Source: Minisyncoccota bacterium (GTDB taxonomy: Bacteria; Patescibacteriota; Minisyncoccia; Phycocordibacterales; Phycocordibacteraceae). Taken from it: a stretch of 64,000 nucleotides of DNA. Under the pieces are notes generated by a model, which had not been told where the DNA came from, searched no databases, and worked only from the letters and a program-made list of their open reading frames with translations. The translations under genes and the position numbers were made by a program. The stretch lies in assembly GCA_036405415.1 (NCBI GenBank), contig DASWXP010000002.1:556450-620449 (forward strand). Direction: 5' to 3'. Shown here in pieces: positions 19,063-28,600 of the stretch (position 1 is the stretch's first letter; each line of letters opens with the position of its first letter).

Positions 19063-21588
19063 ATGCCTACTTTCCTCGGTAAACTCTTCTCCAAGAACCA
19101 GTCCCAGGGCTTCGTGAAAGCCGCTGCACCGGTTGTTCAGGCCGCCGCTGCCCTCTCTGACGAGCTTGAGGCGCTTAGCGACCAGGCGCTTAAAGAGCGA
19201 TTTCTCGCCATAAGGAGCCGTGTAGCGGGCGTTCCTGAGGAGACTAAGGATATCGCTGAGACCTTCGCGCTCGTGCGCGAATCAGCACGCCGCACGCTCG
19301 GGGAGCGTCATTACGACGTACAGCTCATCGGCGGACTCGCGCTCGGAAAGGGAAAGATCGCCGAGATGCGCACGGGAGAGGGAAAGACGCTCGTGGCGAC
19401 GCTTCCAGTATCGCTGTTCGCGCTTGCCGGTAAGGGCGTGCACGTCGTCACCGTAAACGACTACCTCGCACGTCGTGACGCAGCTTGGATGGGGCAGGTG
19501 TATGCAGCGCTTGGCCTTTCGGTTGGTGCCGTAACGTCGCAGGGTGCGTACCTCTATGACGCGTCTCATGTTGAGTCTGAGGAAGATAAGGAGCGAGACG
19601 CTGAAGGATCGTTCCGCGTGTTCTATGACTACCTGCGTCCGGTATCGAAGCAGGAAGCATACGCCGCAGACATCACGTACGCGACCAATAATGAGCTTGG
19701 ATTCGATTATCTGCGTGACAATACCGCATACGACGTATCGCAGCTCTCACAGCGCGGCCATCACTACGCTATCATCGACGAGATCGACTCGATACTCATC
19801 GACGAGGCGCGCACGCCGCTCATCATTTCTGGCCCCGCAGGCGACGCCGAAGGTCTGTACGAGCGCTTCGCAGGGATCGCCCGCTCGCTTGTCGAAGGAG
19901 AAGACTACACGGTCGATGAGAAGCAGCGCGCTGTGCAGGTGACCGAAGAGGGTATCCGTAAGGCAGAAGAGGCACTCCATATCGAGAACCTCTACGCAGA
20001 GGGTGGCATGAAGTACGCGCACCATCTTGATACCGCAGTGCGAGCGAAGGCTCTCTTTAAGAAGGACAAGGAATACGTCATTCGCGATAACGGGATCGTG
20101 ATCGTTGACGAGTTCACGGGGCGCCTGCAGCCAGGACGTCGCTGGAGCGAGGGTCTGCACCAAGCCATCGAGGCTAAAGAGGGCGTGCCGATTCAGAAGG
20201 AGACGCGTACGTACGCATCCGTAACGTTCCAAAATTATTTCCGCATGTACGACCGCATTGCGGGCATGACCGGTACGGGTCTTTCCTCTGAGGAGGAGTT
20301 CTTCACGGTGTACGGGCTTGAGGTGGTGCAGGTGCCTACCCATCGCCCGATACAGCGCCGTGACTACGACGATCTCATCTTCCAGAACGTGCCGGGCAAG
20401 TACAAAGCGCTTGCCGCGCATGCCAAGGAGATGCACGAGAAGGGCCAGCCGATCCTCATCGGTACGGTCTCTATCGAGGACAACGAGGTAGTGAGCGAGG
20501 CGCTTACTCAGGCGGGCATTCCGCATGAGGTATTGAACGCAAAGAACCATGAGCGCGAGGGCGAGATTATCGCGAACGCGGGGCGCAGGGGCGCCGTAAC
20601 GGTCGCTACAAACCTCGCAGGTCGCGGCGTCGACATCAAGCTCGGGGGCGCGATTGCTACCCCAGAGGAGCGCGAAGAAGTTCGCTCGCTCGGTGGACTC
20701 GCCGTGCTCGGTACCGAGCGCCATGAAGCCCGTCGTATCGATGACCAGCTCCGTGGCCGCTCTGGCCGTCAGGGCGATCCGGGAGAGACGCGATTCTACG
20801 TGTCGCTCGACGACAAGCTCATGCGCGTCTTCGCATCCGACATGGTGAAGAACGTCATGGGTACGTTCAAGATCCCGGAGGACGAGCCAATACAGAGCTC
20901 GCTCATTACGAAGTCGCTTGAGACCGCTCAGCGCCGTATCGAGGGCTTTAACTTTGATGCGCGAAAGCAGGTACTCTCGTACGACGATGTGCTGAACTCC
21001 CAGCGACTCGCGGTCTATCGCGAGCGCATGACGGCGCTCATGGGCACCGATGAGGAGATCGAAGCCCTGGTACGCGATGCTCTTAATGGAGACGCGGAGG
21101 CGGTCGCTGCGTATGAAGCCAAGCGCGAAGAATACGGACCTGAGGTTTTCGCGACGCTCCTCCGACGCATTGTCCTTCAGGTGACTGATACGCTCTGGCT
21201 CGAGCACCTTGAGACCATGGACTACCTGCGACGCTCCGTATCGCTTCGCGCGTACGGACAGCGCGACCCGCTTATCGAGTATCGAAAGGAGGGACTCGCG
21301 AGGTTCCAGGCGATGCAGGCAGCGGTACGCGCTGCGATCGTTGAAGCTATCCCGCGCATCCGTCCGGCAGATGACGCGCGTATCCGTGCCGAGGAAGAGA
21401 AGACCCGAAGGCAGCTCGTAGCGGCATCCGAAGGGGGCGATGCATCAGTCACAAAGGAGCCGGTCTTGAACGGAAAGGAGTACGGCCGGAATGACGAAGT
21501 GACTATCCGCAAGGGAGACGAGACGCAGACGCTCAAGTACAAGAAAGCGGAGCCGCTGCTCGAGGAAGGGTGGACCATCGTGTCCTAA
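19063..21588 (+). CDS. secA: Preprotein translocase ATPase SecA
   Basis: EMRTGEGKT, VTVNDYLARRD, DEIDSILIDEARTPLIISG, GRRWSEGLHQAIEAKE, QLRGRSGRQGDPG. Confidence 0.97.
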   Translation: MPTFLGKLFSKNQSQGFVKAAAPVVQAAAALSDELEALSDQALKERFLAIRSRVAGVPEETKDIAETFALVRESARRTLGERHYDVQLIGGLALGKGKIAEMRTGEGKTLVATLPVSLFALAGKGVHVVTVNDYLARRDAAWMGQVYAALGLSVGAVTSQGAYLYDASHVESEEDKERDAEGSFRVFYDYLRPVSKQEAYAADITYATNNELGFDYLRDNTAYDVSQLSQRGHHYAIIDEIDSILIDEARTPLIISGPAGDAEGLYERFAGIARSLVEGEDYTVDEKQRAVQVTEEGIRKAEEALHIENLYAEGGMKYAHHLDTAVRAKALFKKDKEYVIRDNGIVIVDEFTGRLQPGRRWSEGLHQAIEAKEGVPIQKETRTYASVTFQNYFRMYDRIAGMTGTGLSSEEEFFTVYGLEVVQVPTHRPIQRRDYDDLIFQNVPGKYKALAAHAKEMHEKGQPILIGTVSIEDNEVVSEALTQAGIPHEVLNAKNHEREGEIIANAGRRGAVTVATNLAGRGVDIKLGGAIATPEEREEVRSLGGLAVLGTERHEARRIDDQLRGRSGRQGDPGETRFYVSLDDKLMRVFASDMVKNVMGTFKIPEDEPIQSSLITKSLETAQRRIEGFNFDARKQVLSYDDVLNSQRLAVYRERMTALMGTDEEIEALVRDALNGDAEAVAAYEAKREEYGPEVFATLLRRIVLQVTDTLWLEHLETMDYLRRSVSLRAYGQRDPLIEYRKEGLARFQAMQAAVRAAIVEAIPRIRPADDARIRAEEEKTRRQLVAASEGGDASVTKEPVLNGKEYGRNDEVTIRKGDETQTLKYKKAEPLLEEGWTIVS

Positions 21589-21589
21589 G

Positions 21590-21620
21590 GAAAAGCCGCC
21601 ACGAGGGCGGCTTTTCTCTT
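21590..21620 (+). terminator. Intrinsic terminator after secA
   Basis: GAAAAGCCGCC-loop-GGCGGCTTTTC followed by T-rich tract. Confidence 0.75.
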
Positions 21621-21677
21621 TGTTCATAAGAACCTCGATACTAGATAAAGTCAACGTTCCGTGATACGGTGACTCTA

Positions 21678-22658
21678 ATGGCATTTATCGATGAGATGCA
21701 GGTACACGCGGTCGCCGGAAAGGGTGGCAACGGTGTCGTGCGCTGGCTCCACCTCAAGGGCAAGGAGCGCGGCGGCCCTTCTGGAGGCGACGGGGGTCGT
21801 GGCGGCGATATTATCGTTGAGGGGGTTCATGACCTCGCGATCCTCGCTGCATACCGGTACACCAAGCGCATCGCTGCCGAGAACGGAGGTGACGGCGAGG
21901 GTAACGATCGGCACGGCAAGGACGGCGAACCCTACGTTCTCAAGCTTCCGGTAGGGAGCTCGGTCACGGTCTCCTCGACCGGTGAGACCTACGAGATCCT
22001 CGAGGCTGGACAATGCTTTACGGTCCTTAAAGGAGGGTCCGGAGGGTTCGGTAACGCGCACTTCAAAGGGTCTACAAACCAGAATCCTAAGCAGGTTACC
22101 TACGGCCGGAACGGCCAGAGTGGGGATATCCGGGTGAGTCTCAAGCTTATCGCAGACGCAGGCCTGATCGGCTTCCCGAACGCCGGAAAGTCATCCCTCC
22201 TTAACGAACTTACCCGCTCCCGGTCTCGGGTGGGTGCCTATCCCTTCACCACGCTCGATCCGCATTTGGGAGACTTCTACGGCCGTATCTTGGCCGATAT
22301 TCCAGGGCTTATTGAGGGCGCCTCGGAAGGGCGAGGTCTCGGTTCTCGGTTCCTCAAGCACATAGAACGTACGAGATTCCTTGTGCATCTCGTCTCGGCT
22401 GAGCAAGAAGACGTGGTTTCTTCGTATAGGGCCATACGGAAAGAGCTTGAGGCGTTCGGACACGAGCTTTCCGAGAAAGAGGAGCTCGTGGTGCTCTCGA
22501 AGACTGATGTGCTGAGCCCTAGTGAGGTTTTAGAGCGGGTTTCTGCCCTGGAGGCTGTAGCGGGGAAGGGGGTGCTCACCCTTACGATCCTCGACGACAC
22601 CTCGGTTAAGGCCTTCGCGGATGAGCTTACCAAGCGCCTTTCGGCACCGGTTTCCTAG
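21678..22658 (+). CDS. obgE: GTPase ObgE/CgtA
   Basis: Gly-rich Obg fold (GGDGGRGG), GFPNAGKS, YPFTTL, DIPGLIEGA. Confidence 0.95.
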   Translation: MAFIDEMQVHAVAGKGGNGVVRWLHLKGKERGGPSGGDGGRGGDIIVEGVHDLAILAAYRYTKRIAAENGGDGEGNDRHGKDGEPYVLKLPVGSSVTVSSTGETYEILEAGQCFTVLKGGSGGFGNAHFKGSTNQNPKQVTYGRNGQSGDIRVSLKLIADAGLIGFPNAGKSSLLNELTRSRSRVGAYPFTTLDPHLGDFYGRILADIPGLIEGASEGRGLGSRFLKHIERTRFLVHLVSAEQEDVVSSYRAIRKELEAFGHELSEKEELVVLSKTDVLSPSEVLERVSALEAVAGKGVLTLTILDDTSVKAFADELTKRLSAPVS

Positions 22659-22696
22659 CTGGCGGGCGGGAAGCCTGGCGTGCTAGCATTTCCTTT

Positions 22697-24109
22697 ATGA
22701 GCGCGTACCGCCCGACCATAGGACTTGAGATCCATGCAGAACTCGCCACAGCGACTAAGATGTTCTGTGTCTGTAAGAATGATCCTGAAGAGGCTCGCGC
22801 GAACGCGAATGTCTGTCCGGTGTGCATGGCGCACCCAGGCACACTTCCGGTCCCGAACCGGGAGGCAGTACGCCAGGTGCTTCGGGTCGGTGCGGCGATT
22901 GGCGGCTCGCTCGCGGACTTCAGCGAATTCGATCGCAAGAGCTACTTCTATCCGGACATACCGAAGGGATATCAGATAAGTCAGTTTGAGCACCCACTCG
23001 TGCTCGGAGGAACGCTTGCAGGTGTGGCAGTAACACGCATCCATCTTGAAGAAGACACCGCGCGATCTTCTCATGAGGATGGTGTGAGTCTCGTAGATTT
23101 CAATCGCGCAGGCGTTCCGCTTATGGAGCTCGTTACGGAACCGGTCATCCATGATGCTGAGACCGCAGGTACGTTCGCACGCGAGCTTCAGCTCCTGCTC
23201 CGCACTCTCGGCGCGTCACACGCAAACCTCGAGAAAGGAGAGATGCGCATCGAGGCGAACATCTCTGTCTCCAAGGATGAGTCGTTCGGCACGAAGGTCG
23301 AGGTGAAGAACCTCAACTCGTTCCGCTCGGTCGAGCGCGCCATCGCCTTCGAAGTCGAGCGACAATCAAAGCTTCTCGATGAGGGAGGTGTAGTTGTACA
23401 GGAGACGCGAGGATGGGATGAGAACGGACAGCGCACCTTCTCGCAGCGCCTCAAAGAGGGCAGTGCCGACTACCGGTACTTCCCGGAGCCGGACATCCCG
23501 AAGCTCCTCCTTTCTGAAGAGGCAGAGCTTTCCGCTGATGCGATACGAGCGTCACTGCCGGAGCTTCCATGGCAGCGCCGTGAGCGGTATACGAGTCTCG
23601 GACTCAAGGTCACGGACGCTGTCTATCTTTCTGATACGAATGCACGATCAGAATTCTTCGATGCGGTCCTCACTGAACTCGGATCGAAGCAAGATGATAT
23701 TCTGCTCGCCGCAAACTACCTCATTTCAGATGCTGCCGGATGGTATGCAAAAAACGGAAAGCCTGAATACGAAGGTCTCTCATCTTCAAGCTTCTCGAGT
23801 CTCATACGCCTGGTCTCGGACCAGAAGCTATCTTCAAGGGGGGCGAAGGATGTTCTTGCCCTGATGCTTGAATCTGGAGGAGATCCGGAAACCCTTGCTC
23901 GCGAGCACGGGCTCCTGCAGGTCAGTGACGAAGGAGCGCTTAGGGGGGTAGTAAAGCAGGTAATCGCTGAAAACGAAGCCGCTGTACTTGAGTTCAAGGG
24001 CGGCAAAGAGGCGTCCCTCCAGTTCCTGATTGGCATGTCCATGAAAGCCACCAAGGGTGCTGGTAACCCAGCGTCACTGAAGGCACTTCTCCTGGAAGAA
24101 CTCGCGTAA
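22697..24109 (+). CDS. gatB: Asp/Glu-tRNA amidotransferase subunit B
   Basis: IGLEIHAEL, FDRKSYFYPD.PKGYQISQ, HLEED, NRAGVPLME, DYRYFPEPD. Confidence 0.97.
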   Translation: MSAYRPTIGLEIHAELATATKMFCVCKNDPEEARANANVCPVCMAHPGTLPVPNREAVRQVLRVGAAIGGSLADFSEFDRKSYFYPDIPKGYQISQFEHPLVLGGTLAGVAVTRIHLEEDTARSSHEDGVSLVDFNRAGVPLMELVTEPVIHDAETAGTFARELQLLLRTLGASHANLEKGEMRIEANISVSKDESFGTKVEVKNLNSFRSVERAIAFEVERQSKLLDEGGVVVQETRGWDENGQRTFSQRLKEGSADYRYFPEPDIPKLLLSEEAELSADAIRASLPELPWQRRERYTSLGLKVTDAVYLSDTNARSEFFDAVLTELGSKQDDILLAANYLISDAAGWYAKNGKPEYEGLSSSSFSSLIRLVSDQKLSSRGAKDVLALMLESGGDPETLAREHGLLQVSDEGALRGVVKQVIAENEAAVLEFKGGKEASLQFLIGMSMKATKGAGNPASLKALLLEELA

Positions 24110-24121
24110 GGATAAGATAGG

Positions 24122-24150
24122 GAAAAGGCCGGTTTGAAACCGGCCTTTTC
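24122..24150 (+). terminator. Intrinsic terminator after gatB
   Basis: GAAAAGGCCGGTTT-G-AAACCGGCCTTTTC. Confidence 0.75.
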
Positions 24151-24224
24151 TGTTATCAGAACTTCCTTCCAAGTACTGTTTATAAGCTATGTTAACCGAG
24201 GCAAGAAAGCTATATAGTATATGC

Positions 24225-25103
24225 ATGGATGAGATAACTATTGGTGACAAGGTCTATATCTCGTCAAAGCGCGCCGCAAAAATTACTGGTTATGCGAAGG
24301 ACTATGTCGGCCAGCTTTGTCGTGAGGGCAGGGTTGAAGCGCGACTGGTAGGCCGAAACTGGTATGTCCTGGAATCTGCGATCCGTGAGCACCGCTTCGG
24401 TTCTGCGCATGAATCCAGCAATGTAGCAGCTAGCTCTGAGGAGGTTCCTGTTGAGGATAGGGCAAATACGTGGCAGAAACCTACATATATACCTGAAAAT
24501 CCTTTGATGGTGCCAGAACTTGCCCAGAAGCCTGTTCAAGAGCCAGTTTCAAGCCCTGCGATAGCTGATATGCAGTCTGCTTGGAGGGAGTGGTTCTCCG
24601 ATAAGAAGACAGTTGATGCGCTTCCTGACGGATCTGAAGACTTTAAGGACGAATATCTCCCTGTAGTGCTTGAAAGTGCCGAGCCTGTAGAGATAAGAGA
24701 AGAGGAAACCGTAACCCTGCAAAGAATAGAGTCTCCAGTTGAGGCAAAAAAGCCTGAAAGCAGTGAGGAAAGTGAGGTTGAGATTCACAAATCCTACGCC
24801 TCTAGGGAGACGGGAGAGCTGGTACCGCATACCAGCATTCCTGTAGTCGACCTAACACCTAAGAGCCAGGGTAGAAGCAGGCCTGTAAAGCCACTAAATC
24901 CGGCAGCAACCGCTAAAAAACCTTCGGGCAGTGGTGTAACCCGAGCGCTCCTGATTGTTCTCGCTTCGGTAGCAGTGCTAGTAGCTGTTGTAGGAACCGG
25001 TAATGCCGACAGATACATTGGCACTACTAGTACCGATTCAGGACCACAGAAAGCGATTCTGGACTTTCTCGGAGGAAAGAGTAGCTATAAAAGTACCCTA
25101 TAA
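24225..25103 (+). CDS. N-terminal excisionase/MerR-like HTH protein with acidic linker and C-terminal transmembrane helix
   Basis: YISSKRAAKITGYAKDYVGQLCREGRVEARLVGRNWYV (HTH_17-like); hydrophobic ALLIVLASVAVLVAVVG near the C-terminus; TATAGT 6 nt before ATG 24225. Confidence 0.75.
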   Translation: MDEITIGDKVYISSKRAAKITGYAKDYVGQLCREGRVEARLVGRNWYVLESAIREHRFGSAHESSNVAASSEEVPVEDRANTWQKPTYIPENPLMVPELAQKPVQEPVSSPAIADMQSAWREWFSDKKTVDALPDGSEDFKDEYLPVVLESAEPVEIREEETVTLQRIESPVEAKKPESSEESEVEIHKSYASRETGELVPHTSIPVVDLTPKSQGRSRPVKPLNPAATAKKPSGSGVTRALLIVLASVAVLVAVVGTGNADRYIGTTSTDSGPQKAILDFLGGKSSYKSTL

Positions 25104-25147
25104 AATATAGATATCTCGTCTCGTATCAAAGAGATTAGATAAAACGT

Positions 25148-25183
25148 ATAGAACACCCTCAACTTATGTTGAGGGTGTTCTAT
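25148..25183. repeat. Perfect 16-bp inverted repeat with 4-nt loop
   Basis: ATAGAACACCCTCAAC-TTAT-GTTGAGGGTGTTCTAT. Confidence 0.9.
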
Positions 25184-25309
25184 CAATTTAGATCAGCTAA
25201 ATAAAGGCTAACCACTAGCAAATATGTACAAAAAGTCATTCTGTAGGAATTAATACTCCGTAGACGGTCTCTTAATAACTGGCAAAAAATTAGAGATTAA
25301 GAGCAATTA

Positions 25310-25349
25310 ACGAGCCCTACATACCTATATATAGATATGTAGGGCTCGT
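25310..25349. repeat. 40-bp near-perfect palindrome (one mismatched pair)
   Basis: ACGAGCCCTACATACCTATATATAGATATGTAGGGCTCGT. Confidence 0.9.
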
Positions 25350-25664
25350 ACAAATTAAACTTCTGCGCGCAATTACTAATAAATACTTAGTTAGTCCGAA
25401 TAACCGATACGCTCCTATATATAATTGTCTACTTACACACGAAACTAGTTCTGGTAGGAATTTTGTATCCCTTCTGTTGCAAGGGAGTTGAATCTAAGGG
25501 TGGTAATTCTCTTGGATTTGAGTTTAGTGTCTATGCTGCGATGAATTTTTTCGTAATCAGTAGTAATGGATCTTGTTGGCAATTTTTTTCATGATGAGTG
25601 CCTGAAGAATATCCACAAAGAAACATACTAATTAAAAGAAATATCAAGGTAAACTGTAGTTAAT

Positions 25665-25676
25665 TCGGATATCCGA
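25665..25676. promoter_or_regulatory. 12-bp palindrome, candidate operator just upstream of the giant gene
   Basis: TCGGATATCCGA lies between a possible -10 (TAAACT 25650-25655) and the TTG start at 25688. Confidence 0.35.
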
Positions 25677-25687
25677 CCTACTGCACC

Positions 25688-28600
25688 TTGAACAAACTTC
25701 TTCAAGAAAAATTAATTTCTACGAAAGACGCCTCTGCTCTTTCTGGATACACTTCCGACTATCTTTCACGGCTATGTCGCGAAGGAAAGATTGATGGCAC
25801 GCAGGTCGGAAGAACATGGCTTGTAGATCGTGATTCGCTTGAGAAGTTTATTGCAACGCAGATTGATCGAAAGGCTGAGCTTGCAGAATCGCTTGCACGC
25901 GAGCGCGAGCGCGAGTATCGCTTGAGCAACACGAAATCCATCTCGATGACTCGTTCGATGGAGCGGGGAACGCGGGATGCGGTCAACTCTGTGGTTGCAG
26001 CGTTTGCAAAGGCACGGCTGCCTCACGGTATGCCGGCATTCTCAGGGACTGCTGTTGCTATGGCACTTACCGCAATCGTACTTGCTGGTAGCGCAGCAGC
26101 CGCAGGATCTGGAGTGGTCGCGCGCATGGGTGCCGGTCTTCTCGCGGCAGCGCTCGAGGCTCGAGTCCAGGTACTTGAAGGAGCACACTCACTTGCGATT
26201 GATTCATTAGCGCATCGAGAGACGCTTGCAGAGACAGCGCGCGAAGACCTTGCGCTTGATGAGAATGCATTTGCAAACGTGCAGAGCATAAAGCTTGAAG
26301 AAGTGTCTTCGGCACTTACGCTAGCGATGCGCGACGTGCATGCCCCCGTAGCCCCAACGCAGATTGCATACGAGCGCGCAGAAGAAATCTCTGCTACCTA
26401 TGCGAGCGATACTACGTTTGCAGAAAGCGCAAAGGCAATTGGATCGGCAGTACAGAATCCTAACGTTACAGCCTCTGTTGTGGCTGATGGTCTTATGCGC
26501 ACCTACGCATCGGTTGGTGCGCTTGCGCTCCGCGACATTGAGACGACGCTAAGCGCACATGAGGATGCGGTCACTGCAGCAGGCGAAGGATTGTTCGCGC
26601 TAAGCACCGGCATGCGCGATGGTGCACGTACGCTACCGCTTGCGGTAGGAAGTGCTTTCATAAGAGCGAGCGACGCGTCATTGAGTCTCTACGAACAGGG
26701 TGTCTATGGGTTCGCAGCGCTCTCCCAGGATGTCCCGCATACTCTCGTTGCTGCAGCGCTCGATACTGGCTCCATGGTTGGGGGACTCACACAGCTTGCG
26801 GTCACAGCTGCCCCTCGAGCGTATGAAGATGGGATGATTTCATTCAGTGAGGAGACCTCGCAGCTTGGAATGCGCATATCTGAAGGATCCTTTGCGCTCG
26901 GGGCCAATTCACACGGTCTCGTTTCAGGCCTCTTGATCGCTGAAGACCGCGCAATCGCAGGATTCATGCGCTCTGCTAGCGATACGGTTGCTCTAGCTCC
27001 CGCAGGTACCGGAAGCGCTTCAGCACAGCAGGGAATCGATCTGGTACCAAGCGCCATAACGAACGAAGTGCTGGGAATCGTAGGCAATATCGCGCTCTCG
27101 ATCGAGAACCTGGAGGGAGACATGCTTACCGCGTCTCCGCTCGCGTCTCTTAACCTCGACGCATTCGTTCCAGGATTCCTCAAGAATGTGACCGCGGTGC
27201 TTGCTCGCGCATTTGATAGCGCGCTCCATGGAATCCTCGGACCGCTCGCGGGCTTCTTTGGCGCAGGCGAAGAGGCGGGCATCGCGATCATTCCTGGAGA
27301 CGGTGCGAACATCCCGGGTCCTGGTGACCGCGGCTCGAGTGAGGCTTCGATCGTGTACAACGGGCCGGTAACAATCATCCGTAATGAGTATCCTTCCGTA
27401 ACCTACGGAGGTGTACCTCAGGCATACGTCGATGAACGATTCGACTTCCTCCGTCGCACGCTCTACAACCGCATCGAAGACGTTGCTGATGACGATGATG
27501 TCGGCATCACGACGCTCGACGGCCAGACCGGCAATGACATGTTGCTTAATAATCCGACGATCGTCGGAGGGACCATCACCGACAGCGAACTCGATGTCGC
27601 AACCTCGACCGTAACCGGCTCGTTCACCGTAAACGGGAACGCATCGATCACCGGCGACCTCACTGCTACGAATGCAACCACGACGAATTTCTACGCGACT
27701 GCCGGCTCCTTCGCCTCGGCGACCATCGATGTGCTTACCGCGCCGTCTGCGACCATAGCGAATCTCATCGTCACGAACAGCACCACCACGAACGCGACGT
27801 CGACCAATCTCTACGTTTCCAATCTCGCAGGCCTCGTAGCGACGATTACCGATGCGTTCTTTACGAACGTCACCGCATCGCTCGCGACGCTCACGAACGC
27901 GGTCGTAACGACGCTCACCGCTACGAATGCGACACTCACGAACGCCACGTCGACCAACGCGACCACCACCGGGTCGCTCGCGCTTACGTACGTGACCCCG
28001 TCACGCCTCCTGTCCGTAGACGCGTTCGGGAAAGTCGTCGCGACCAATCTCGCGTCATGGGTAACCGGCTCAGCGAACCAGATCACGGTGACGGATACGG
28101 GCGCAGGCGGCATCCAGCTCTCGCTCCCGTCAGTACTCGTCTTCGGCACATCCTCTCCGACCACGCTTGCCGGAAACGGCGCTACCAGCACCTTCGGCGG
28201 CGGCATCTACGCGCCGCGCATCGAGGCGGGAGAGTACATCGCAGGCCCGTACGTCCTCGCCACCTCGACCACCGCAACCTCGGCGTTCTCAGGCAACATA
28301 GCGATCGGTCGGAACGCCACGATCGGTACCAGCGCGTCCGATTCGCTCGTCGTGAATGCGACCGTCGGCTCTAACTTCGTCCCGTCTCTTAATAACGCGT
28401 ACGATCTTGGCTCCGCCGCGAATAACTGGCGCCGTATCTACGTAGATGAAGTGGTAGCGAACAACCTCTCCGCAGCGTCCACCTCGATCGCAGGGACGGT
28501 ATCGAGCGACTTCTCCATAAACTCTGATAACGCTTCGAACGATACGGAGGACATGAGCCTCACGTTCAATCGCGGCGTCGCGTCCCCGAACGCTATCCTC

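Noticed and set aside
18639-19094. 151-aa Phe/Ala-rich minus-strand ORF that looks like a membrane protein
   Set aside because: It is the reverse complement of the AAG/GCN-rich H1-like gene
19747-21207. 486-aa antisense ORF within secA (likewise 1204-2394, 58600-59442 and many others)
   Set aside because: Shadow ORFs caused by GC-rich codon bias; no motifs, and fully overlapping confident genes
25104-25687. oriC or CRISPR array in the AT-rich spacer
   Set aside because: No regularly spaced direct repeats or cas genes; only one imperfect DnaA box, no dnaA/dnaN nearby, and no switch in coding-strand bias
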